A stretch of DNA of 63,941 bases. It comes from Octopus bimaculoides (taxonomy: Eukaryota). The stretch's first letter is position 1. Each line of letters starts with the position of its first letter. Under the pieces are notes generated by a model. It was not told where the DNA came from and searched no databases. It saw only the letters and a list, made by a program, of their open reading frames with translations. Position numbers and translations under genes: made by a program. The DNA lies in the NCBI RefSeq assembly GCF_001194135.2, contig NC_069008.1, positions 16,284,683 through 16,348,623 on the forward strand, given 5' to 3'. Below are positions 53,870 through 63,941 of the stretch, in pieces.

Positions 53870-54312
53870 TTAATATATGTCACCGGTGTAATTCAAAAGA
53901 AGGGAAAATTATCAATGACACCGTCCACTGTGTTTCTTATTAGTTGAATCTAATCTTACTAATGCACAATATAGTAATTATCTCGCGTTAAAGCGAACAT
54001 TAATGTTTGTGTATAAAATTGGGTGAACTATATTTGATCACAGCTTTCGTTAATTGGTCGTTCCCTATTTTACGGGACAGAGGAAATGGCTTTTAATCAA
54101 CAACAAATCAATCAATGAACTTTTCTCATAATTCTTCACTTTTCATTTGGACTTTATATCAAATATTCTACTGGTAAGTAGATAATATATCCACATTACA
54201 TCCGTTCCACTCATGTAAATAGAAGTTTGTGACATCTGAGACAAGGAACTGAACCATAATAGATTAATTCACAGGCATTTCTCAGCTTTTAAGCAGTTCG
54301 TCGAGAATTAAT
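53870..54312 (+). promoter_or_regulatory. Family B 5' module with 112-nt 5' UTR intron (B2)
   Basis: CTG|GTAAGT donor 54174; TCTCAG acceptor 54285; same intron length as B1. Confidence 0.6.
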
Positions 54313-55689
54313 ATGGAGAACGTTGATCACTTGGACACGTTTAACACAACTGTTGTTAACAATGTAGATACAGTTAGAGAGACAGACGGAGGTGAGAATG
54401 TTGTAGAGAAAAATGTTGCTGAATATTCCTGTGAGATTTGTAGGAAGACATTCTCTTCAGAAGAGGAGGTCATCACACACAAAAAAATACACAAGAAAGA
54501 AAAACAGTTCCATTGCGAAATATGTGGGAAATATTTTGCCTCAAACTGTTATTTAATAAGTCACAGAAGAATCCACACTGGAGAGAAACCATACCATTGT
54601 GAGATATGTGGGAAATCTTTTACTCAGAATTCCAATCTTTTAGTTCACAAAAAAATACATACTGGGGAAAAAGCGTTCCATTGTAAATCGTGTGGGAAAT
54701 CTTTTGCTCAGAATGGTCATCTTATCAACCACATACGCAGTCACACAGGAGAGAAAGCTTTCCACTGTGAAATTTGTGGGAAATCCTTCACTCAGAATGG
54801 TCATCGGGTTAAACACATTCGTAGTCACACTGGAGAAAAACCATTTAGTTGTGACATTTGTGGGAAATCTTTCTCGGATAATTCTAGTGTTGTCGTTCAC
54901 AAACGTAGCCACACTGGAGAGAAACCCTATCATTGTGAAATATGCGGGAAATCGTTTGTTTCTCATGGTAGTTTAACAAAACACAAAATAATACACACGG
55001 GAAAGAAAGTATTTCACTGTGAAATATGTGGTAAATCTTTTAATCAGAACTCACACCTTGTTAGTCACAAACGTAGTCACACTGGCGAAAAAGCCTTCCA
55101 TTGTAATATATGTGGAAAATCTTTCACTCAAAATTCTCGTCTTGTTATCCACACACGTAGCCACACTGGAGAGAAACCTTTCCACTGTGAAATTTGTGGT
55201 AAATCATTCTGTGACCATTCTAGTCTTGTAGTTCACAAACGTAGCCACACTGGAGAAAAACCATATTGCTGTGATACATGCGGCAAGACATTTGTTTCAA
55301 ACAGTATTTTAACAAAACACAAAATGATCCACACTGGAGAAAAGCGGTTTCCTTGTGAAATATGTGGAAAATCTTTCATTAATAATCCAAGCCTTCTTAG
55401 TCACAAACGTATTCATACAGGAGAAAAAGCCTTTCACTGTAAAATATGTGGGAGATCTTTCACTCAGAATTCTCATCTTGCTATCCATACTCGTAGTCAC
55501 ACTGGAGAAAAACCTTTCCATTGTGAGACATGTGGTAAATCATTCTCTGATAAATCCTGTCTTATAATTCACAAACGAAGCCATACAGGAGAAAAACCAT
55601 TTCACTGTGAACTATGCAAGAAATCTTTTGTCTCTAACAGTAGTTTAACAAAACACAAACAAATACACACAAGAGAAAAACTTACCTAG
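54313..55689 (+). CDS. C2H2 zinc-finger protein B2 (15 fingers, 458 aa)
   Basis: Intact ORF; MENVDHLDTFNTTVVNNVDTVR leader. Confidence 0.93.
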   Translation: MENVDHLDTFNTTVVNNVDTVRETDGGENVVEKNVAEYSCEICRKTFSSEEEVITHKKIHKKEKQFHCEICGKYFASNCYLISHRRIHTGEKPYHCEICGKSFTQNSNLLVHKKIHTGEKAFHCKSCGKSFAQNGHLINHIRSHTGEKAFHCEICGKSFTQNGHRVKHIRSHTGEKPFSCDICGKSFSDNSSVVVHKRSHTGEKPYHCEICGKSFVSHGSLTKHKIIHTGKKVFHCEICGKSFNQNSHLVSHKRSHTGEKAFHCNICGKSFTQNSRLVIHTRSHTGEKPFHCEICGKSFCDHSSLVVHKRSHTGEKPYCCDTCGKTFVSNSILTKHKMIHTGEKRFPCEICGKSFINNPSLLSHKRIHTGEKAFHCKICGRSFTQNSHLAIHTRSHTGEKPFHCETCGKSFSDKSCLIIHKRSHTGEKPFHCELCKKSFVSNSSLTKHKQIHTREKLT

Positions 55690-58221
55690 GGAAGAAAAAA
55701 AGAAATTTATCTCTGTTTAGCTTTTCAATATATAAATGTTGGTGCATACATATTTGTTTATCCAATATGTAAAAATGGAAGCGGTGGAGGCGCAATGGCC
55801 CAGTGGTTAGGGCAGCGGACTCGCGGTCATAGGATCGCGGTTTCAATTCCCAGACTGGACATTGTGAGTGTTTATTGAGCAAAAAACACCTAAAGCGCCA
55901 TGAGGCGCCGGCAGGGGATGGTGGCAAACCCTGCTGTACTCTTTCACCACAACTTTCTCTCACTCTTNNNNNNNNNNNNNNNNNNNNNNNNNNNNNNNNN
56001 NNNNNNNNNNNNNNNNNNNNNNNNNNNNNNNNNNNNNNNNNNNNNNNNNNNNNNNNNNNNNNNNNNNNNNNNNNNNNNNNNNNNNNNNNNNNNNNNNNNN
56101 NNNNNNNNNNNNNNNNNNNNNNNNNNNNNNNNNNNNNNNNNNNNNNNNNNNNNNNNNNNNNNNNNNNNNNNNNNNNNNNAAAAAAAAAAAAAAAAAAGTC
56201 AATTTAACACCAAGTATCTTGATTGGTCGCACAACACAAGGCACAATGGAACCTACTGAAGCAAGCCGATACACTTGCGGTATTATCACGGGCGATGGCA
56301 AGACTAAGATGTTGGAAAAGCCAAGCACCCTTATGGGCATCACTTGACACCTCAGTAACGCGAGGTGCCAATGATGACGAGAACTTCGTTGTTAGCAGCC
56401 CAGCCCTTCCAAACATCTCAAATGCCACAGGCTGGAAGACATGGTCCACTAATAGATTCCTATGAAAATATAACTCAACTCCCTCCCACTCTCTCTCCAG
56501 CAAACTGAGCATATATGTAAGAAGGCATTCATCACTTACAGTCTCTTGGAAATGCCCAAATACAGAGAGATAGAGAGAGAGCCTTGTAACTGAAATATGA
56601 GGAATCGTTTTCCTACAACTGTAAACTTCTCCACCAACATGTACACATCGAAGAACATTTGGCAGAATTTTGGTTTAAGGACCCCATATAACTCTTCATA
56701 GCTTTTTCTATTTCTGTAATCTTCACAAAGCTTTTGTGAATTTGTCTTCTACACACGAATAAATATGATTATAAAAAAAAGTTTCTTTTTTAGTTTTTTA
56801 AACCTTTTTTCCCCGAGTTCCAATTGTTTAATTATTTTTGTTAATGAGAGATTGAAATACGGACAGCCTGAATTTTTTGCTTAAATCCCAGCAATGGACC
56901 ACTCTTGGGTGTATCATCATTCCATTAAATGTGTTTATGGGGAGAAAAAAGTTTGAGTAACATCCATACATATCAGAGTGACAAAGAAATGAAGAAAGTA
57001 TCAGGTGGTCGTGAGATGTGCTCAAAACAACAGCTAAATCACCTTTTGTATGCATGAATTCCCATGTGCTTGAGAAGAAGAGCAATTAAGCCAAGTAAAT
57101 CATAATTGTAGCAGATACTGGTGTCATGCAAATGGCCCCTGTGCCAGTGGCGTGTAAAAGCATCCATTACACTCTTGGAGTGGTTGGTATTAGGAAGGGC
57201 ATCCAGCTGTAGAAGCCATGCCAAATCAGACAGGGGTCTGATGCTGCCATCCCTGGTCAAACTATCCAACACCTGCCAGTATGGACAACAAATGTTAAAT
57301 GATGATTATGGTGGGGTTATATGGGGTGCTTAAAGAAGAATTCCGCTGAATATTTATTATAGTGAGACAATGCTTCACCATTGTGTTTGAATTTTCATAT
57401 GGTTGTTTACAAACCTCTCATTTAACCTTTTTGTTACCATATTTCTGTTGAGATGTTTTGTGTCTTTTTCAATTAGTTTTAAATATAAGAATTTAGTAAA
57501 ATAACTTAGTTATCATTAAGCTAGTGTTAGGAACATAAATTGTGACTTAGGCTTGGTGGAAAATTTTAATTCAGAACTTTTGAAAACAAGACATTTGTAC
57601 TCAGAGCCCTCCAGTTTCTTTTCAATACTTTTGATTGTTTTCCAACATTCAGATCCATAGAGATGAATGCTCACTATGTTGCTTTTGTAAAATCGTATTT
57701 TGGTGCTCTTGGGGTCTGGATAGCTACATGTCAAACCGCCCAACTCATGCCAGCATGGAAAGCAGACGTTAAACAATGATGACAACAATTATGATGATGT
57801 CATGTAATGAATTCAAATCAACTTAAATCCTACCATAAATTTATTTGTAACGGACCAACCAATGAGTGGGGTCACCAAATGGAACAGATTGATGTGTCTA
57901 AATTGGGGGTTACCAAATTTAGTGGTAAGATAGGATTCTTACATTGAAGTTACCAAAGTAATGTACAGGTTCACCATATGGAATGTAAGGTTTTCATATT
58001 GGAATTACCAATTGTATCATATTGGTCAGTGGTTCCCAAAGTGGGCGGTACTGCCCCCCTGGGGATGGTGGAAAGGTCCAAGGTGCATTGATGGAAAGTG
58101 GGATGATAGATGTAAAAAAAAATATATTAATAAGTTAATTAGGTTTGAGTTTTATTTACGAAATACATTTTATTGTGTCTGGTGAGACACATTCTCTTTT
58201 AGTGCCTTATTAATTTAACAC

Positions 58222-58570
58222 GTGGAGATGCAATGGCCCAGTGGTTAGGGCAGCGGACTCGCGGTTTCGATTCCCAGACCGGGCGTTGTGAGTGTTTATT
58301 GAGCGAAAACACCTAAAAGCTCCACAAGGCTCCGGCAGGGGATGGTGGCGAATTTCTTTCACTCTTACTTCCTGTTTCTGTTGTACCTGTAATTCAAAGG
58401 GTCAGCCTTGTTACACTGTGTCACGCTGGATATCCCCGAGAACTATGTTAAGGGTACACGTGTCTGTGGAGTGCTCAGCCACTTGCACGTTAATTTCACG
58501 AGCAGGCTGTTCTGTTGATCGGATCAACTGGAACCCTCGACGTCATAAGTGATGGAGTGCCAACAACAAT
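58222..58570 (+). mobile_element. Same tRNA-derived SINE (partial copies at 41200-41390 and 55784-55967)
   Basis: A and B boxes plus caacaacaa tail. Confidence 0.85.
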
Positions 58571-58754
58571 ATTTTACTTTATTCTATCTGAAGTTCAATA
58601 GTTCACGTTATCCTAAAGAACATCTTTAAAAGTGCAGCAGAAATATGGTAATGAAAGGGCTAAAGGTGTTTTGTGAATGTAAATTCTGATTGAGACAATT
58701 GTCTCAAAAAGAGGATTGTTACATGCAGATTTCACTTACCCACCTGTGACATTA

Positions 58755-59060
58755 AATTATATGTCTTACCTGTTATGGTATATCAATCAATGTTTAGTGT
58801 AAAAATATCTTTAATTACATCAAACCTCCTTCCAACATCACCCGACACATGTTTAAAGTAAACAAAATGGCTGTAATGGAAATGGAAGGTGTATTATGTG
58901 AACTTTTCGTTAAAAATGTGTGCGTGTGTGTGTGTGTATTTCTTACCTGTTATGGTATATAAATCAATGTTTAGTATAGAATAACTTTAATTATGTCAAA
59001 GGTGGCTGTGATGGAAACAGAAGTAAGACGTGTCATGTGACTTTTACGTTAAATACTGAT
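58755..59060 (-). promoter_or_regulatory. Orphan tandem pair of family A promoter/exon-1 modules
   Basis: Two CATAACAG|GTAAGA donors (58946, 58769) with exon-1 homology; intact GTCACATGAC at 59032-59041; no family A CDS follows. Confidence 0.6.
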
Positions 59061-59274
59061 TTTGTTGTTGAAACTTTTACCAAGAGTGACGAGGCATTTA
59101 TAATGATGATATATATAGCATAAAAATGAGAAGAGGACAAATACTATCATTTGATAAAGCCTTTTATTTTCATTGTTACACTGCAAGATACAAATTCATT
59201 TAGTAGTTGTTATATAATGATTATTTGCAGTTCTGTTATCCATTCTGCAGGTAGTTAACTTCATCTTATGTTGA

Positions 59275-59775
59275 CTGCTAGAAGACAATAAATTTCTCAT
59301 GTTTCACAATGAAAAGTCTTCTTGCCTCTGCTTTGCATTTGTGTATTTTTAAGTGACTATTAATCATAAATGATTTCTCACAATTGTTGCAGTGACGGGG
59401 TTTCTTCTGTATGGCTACATCTATGAATTCAAAGATGAGAATTGCTAATGCAGGAGTTCCCATAATAAATGATGGAGTTTTCTCTCAACAACATAATTGT
59501 CAAAGTATCATTTCCAAAATATTTCTTAATGAAACAGTTTTACGCCAATGCATAGTCATTCATGATTTGCTAAGGCAATGTTATTAAAAAGTAATTCCCA
59601 TATTTTTCACAGCTGAATCTTTTCCTCTAGTGTAGCCACTAATGAGGTGTGAATTATTAACAAAAAGGTAATCTGCATATTTCACAATGGACGGGTTTTC
59701 CTCCAGCAAATATTTTTTTGATGAACTACAAGATTAGAATTTTTTGATAAAGATTTCCCACATATTTCAGTGGGA
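59275..59775 (-). pseudogene. Decayed distal fingers of B3, separated from the gene by a LINE 3' end insertion
   Basis: Remnants such as HCNNCEKSFMINSHLKIHKCK and KNSNLVVH-like codons. Confidence 0.65.
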
Positions 59776-59982
59776 AGGTTTTCCCACAAGCTGTGGTGCT
59801 GGTGCTATGTAAAAAGCACCCAGTATACTCTGTAAAGTGGTTGGTGTTCAGAAAAGCATCCAGCTGTGGAGCATCAAGACAGACTAAGGAGCCTTGTGTG
59901 ACTCCTAGCCCTTCCAGCTCCTGTCAAACTGTTCGAACCATGCCAGCATGGAAAACAGACATTAAATGATGATGATGATGTT
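59775..59982 (+). mobile_element. RTE-like 3' end inserted antisense into the B3 finger array
   Basis: Family 3' UTR with a gatgatgat tail interrupts finger codons. Confidence 0.75.
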
Positions 59983-60013
59983 AAAATTTTATGGGAAAGA
60001 TTTCCCATATATT

Positions 60014-61333
60014 TCACAGTGGAAGGGTTTTCCTCCAGCATATATTCTTTTGGTGAGCTGCAAGATTGGAATTTTGTGAGAAAAATTTCCCACACATCTC
60101 ACAGTGGAATGGTTTTTCTCCAGTGTGGCTACGTTTGTGGATAACAAGATGGGAATTATTGACAAAAGATAAACCACATGTTTCGCAGTGGAATGGTTTT
60201 TCTCCAGCATGTAGTTTTTTGTGAACAACCAGATTAGAACTTTGAGAAAAAGTTCTCCCACACATGTCACAGTGATAAGGTTTTTCCCCAGTGTGTAATC
60301 TTTTGTGAGCCACAAGATGGGCGTTTCTAGTGAAAGATTTCCTACATATTTCACAGCGAAATGATTTTTCTCCAGTGTGCATTGTTTCATGTCTTTGCAA
60401 ATTAGTTTTAGACACAAAAGATTTCTTACACATTTCACACTGGAATGGTTTTTCTCCAGTGTGACTACGTTCGTGAACAACAAGATGGGAATTTTTAATA
60501 AAAGATTTCCCACATATTTCACAAGGATATGGCTTTTCTCCAGTATGTATTCTCTTGTGTATTGTTAGATTACTATTTGAGAGAAACGATTTCTCACAGA
60601 CATCACAGTGGAACGGTTTTTCGCCAGTATGGCCACGTTTATGTATAGAAAGGTGTGAATTAGAAATGAAAGCCTTGCCACAAATCTGACAATGATAAGG
60701 TTTTTCCCCAGTATGGTTACGCTTGTGGACAACAAGGTGTGAATGGTTAAAGAAAGATAATCCACATATTAAACAGTGATATGGTTTTTCTCCTGTATGC
60801 GTTCTTTTATGAACTACAAGATTAGATTTCTGACTGAAAGATTTCCCACATGTTTCACAATGAAATGGTTTTTCTCCAGTGTGACTTCGAACATGGTTAA
60901 CAAGATGAGTATTATTCACAAAAGTTAAACCACAAATTTCACAGTGGAAAGGTTTCATTCCAGTATGTATTTTCTTATGAACTGCAAGATTGGAATTTTG
61001 AGCAAATGTTTTCCCACATATCTCACAATAAAACGGTTTCTCTCTCGTGTGTATTCTTTGATGACTTGTTAGATAACTGTTATGAGCAAAATATTTACCA
61101 CATATTTTGCAATGAAACGGTTTCTCCTTACTGTGTATTTCTTTGTGTTTAAAGACTTCGTCTTCGGAAGAAAAGGTCTTCCTACAAACATTACATTTAT
61201 ATTCAGTAATATTTCCCTGTAACGATCTTTCTTTAGTAAACGTTTCACTATCAGCTCCGTCTGTCTCTCTAAAAGTATCTATATTGTTACACACCTTGGT
61301 GTTAGAAATGTCCAAGAGATCAACGTTCTCCAT
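60014..61333 (-). CDS. C2H2 zinc-finger protein B3 (13 intact fingers, frameshift in finger 14)
   Basis: ATG MENVDLLD at 61333; frame shifts at HQKNICWRK; decayed fingers continue to ~59275. Confidence 0.75.
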   Translation of the reverse strand: MENVDLLDISNTKVCNNIDTFRETDGADSETFTKERSLQGNITEYKCNVCRKTFSSEDEVFKHKEIHSKEKPFHCKICGKYFAHNSYLTSHQRIHTREKPFYCEICGKTFAQNSNLAVHKKIHTGMKPFHCEICGLTFVNNTHLVNHVRSHTGEKPFHCETCGKSFSQKSNLVVHKRTHTGEKPYHCLICGLSFFNHSHLVVHKRNHTGEKPYHCQICGKAFISNSHLSIHKRGHTGEKPFHCDVCEKSFLSNSNLTIHKRIHTGEKPYPCEICGKSFIKNSHLVVHERSHTGEKPFQCEMCKKSFVSKTNLQRHETMHTGEKSFRCEICRKSFTRNAHLVAHKRLHTGEKPYHCDMCGRTFSQSSNLVVHKKLHAGEKPFHCETCGLSFVNNSHLVIHKRSHTGEKPFHCEMCGKFFSQNSNLAAHQKNICWRKTLPL

Positions 61334-61800
61334 ATTAATTATTGTACAACTCTTAAAAGTTGACAAACGTCCGTGAGTTAATCTATTATTGTTTACTTCC
61401 TGATTTTATTCTCCATAGACTTCCGATTACATGTTTGGAAAACATGCCACACAGATATATCAACTTACCCCAAGAATGCTTACCGTTGCACAAAGCTTAT
61501 TGTAAACAAAAACAAAAACGTAGATCTGTCCTGTAAAATAGGGAACAACCAATTAACGATATAAAGCTGTGATCAAATGAAATATTTAATTGGTGATGGA
61601 ACACCAACCCTAAAATATATAGATCACCCTGTCTTATCTACAAACATTAACGTTCACCTTAACATGAGATAATTAGAATATAATTATGACATGATTAAAT
61701 TAAATCAAGGCGATGTTTACCAAATCAATTTTGTCCCTTCTCTTCTTCCGTACATGTTGTTGATATTTTGTTCTCTCTTTTGAATTATACCGGAGATATA
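61334..61800 (-). promoter_or_regulatory. Family B 5' module (B3)
   Basis: GGG|GTAAGT donor 61468; homologous acceptor reads TGTCAA. Confidence 0.55.
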
Positions 61801-62432
61801 AGTTAATAGTCCTTATCAGAATTTATTACATTCACAAAACGCTTTTAATTATACGAATTTGATTCTTTAACCGTTACTAATTTATTTGTTTTCCGCTATA
61901 ACTAAATTATAATTGAAAAATTCTCTATTACTTTACGTTAGCTAATTATCCTAATAACATTCACGTTGTTAAATATTCTAATATTTTTACTTTTATGAAG
62001 ATATTTTTTTTTCGAAACTTCGAGAGACATGGAATAGATCGTCTTAGCAATGGATCTCAAACTAGATAAAGCTAAAATAATAGCACGTAAAATGCTGGAT
62101 TAAAAAAAAAACGCTTTGGATAAACAAAAGAATATTACAGTCGACATCCATGGCTGTGTCAAAAAGCTTCTTTCCCAACCACATGGTTCCGGGTTCAGTC
62201 CCAGTGCGTGGCACTTTGGGCAAGTGTCTTCTACTATAGCCTCGGGCCGATCAAAGCCCAATGTCACTCACTTATCATTGATTATATAAAATATACTGCT
62301 AGGAGATTGTCACTACACTGTTGTATCTTCTTTGTTATTTTGTGTTAATACATTTGTGGTCTATATCTTTTAGCATACAATGAGGTTTTTTTTTTTTTTA
62401 ACCATGATATATAGTTAAATATATAGTTAGTC

Positions 62433-63275
<843 letters not shown>

Positions 63276-63941
63276 TCACCAACCGTCTCTCCCATTCTGC
63301 TATTCTTCATATTTCCATTCTACATTTTATTCCTAAAAAATATTTCTCCTGCTCCATTTGCATCAACTATCACCACTGTTGGTATTTGGAGAAGGTGCAA
63401 ATTTCTTTTTTAAAATTATCCAAGTATAATTTGAAGACATTTTGAACTGTGAAGCAGAGCAATGTTGCTACTATTCTTACTTCAGAAGAAATATTTCACA
63501 GTTATTGACCATAGATTTATAGAAATAGGATTATATATCTCCTCTGTTTCACATTTTCCTTTAGACATTAAAAGGTGATGAATATTGATGAGATTATTTG
63601 ATGGAAGCGATGTTTTGATGCCAATATCATCTGATTTTCTGAAACAAAAAGAAACAACAGTGTAAGACATAGAGAACATTTTAGAAATAGAGATGAAACA
63701 GTGAATATTTTACTGAATATATAGAGATATAGGTAGAATTCTGCTTTATAACCCCTCATAACTGTTTGGAGTTTTGGAATTTTCAGAAAATGTTTGCAAG
63801 TTTGTGTGCAACACATGGGAATTCAAACTACTACGCAAAAAAAACAACTTTTTTAAAATTTTTCAAAATTAAAAATTTTATTTTTTTAAACCGCAATTTA
63901 AAATAAGGACAGTCTAAAATTAATTTTTCAAACACTAATGT

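Noticed and set aside
56228-56560. GC-richer segment with LNSLP, possibly a CR1-like LINE end
   Set aside because: Too degenerate to call without a search.

Overview
AT-rich eukaryotic genomic DNA, very probably Octopus. This is an inference from the repeat families and the gene content; it is not prokaryotic, so TTG/GTG starts in the ORF track are ignored. The window is a tandem cluster of 11 C2H2 zinc-finger genes with uninterrupted finger arrays and no recognisable KRAB, SCAN, BTB or ZAD domain. Family A (A1-A6 on +, A7 on -, divergent A8 on -) has MSKxLGK N-termini and SIHVKV-type ends. It shares a cassette of E-box plus ETS-like promoter, non-coding exon 1, intron and a long uATG-rich leader. 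Family B (B1 -, B2 +, B3 -) has an MExVxxLD..NT.V.NN.DT.R leader, an acidic first finger and a ~110-nt 5' UTR intron. Several copies are decaying (A4 deletion; A5, A7 and B3 3' frameshifts), and there are orphan 5' modules of both families. The spacers hold tRNA-derived SINEs, RTE-like LINE ends, a mariner fragment and several MITEs. Some MITEs have TSDs and empty paralogous sites, including a TTAGGG-bearing hairpin family with 6-bp TSDs. Two hammerhead-ribozyme-like motifs lie within the predicted A2 transcript. Many N gaps exist, and two apparent finger duplications are assembly overlaps. Repeat coordinates are approximate and gene labels are local to this report.
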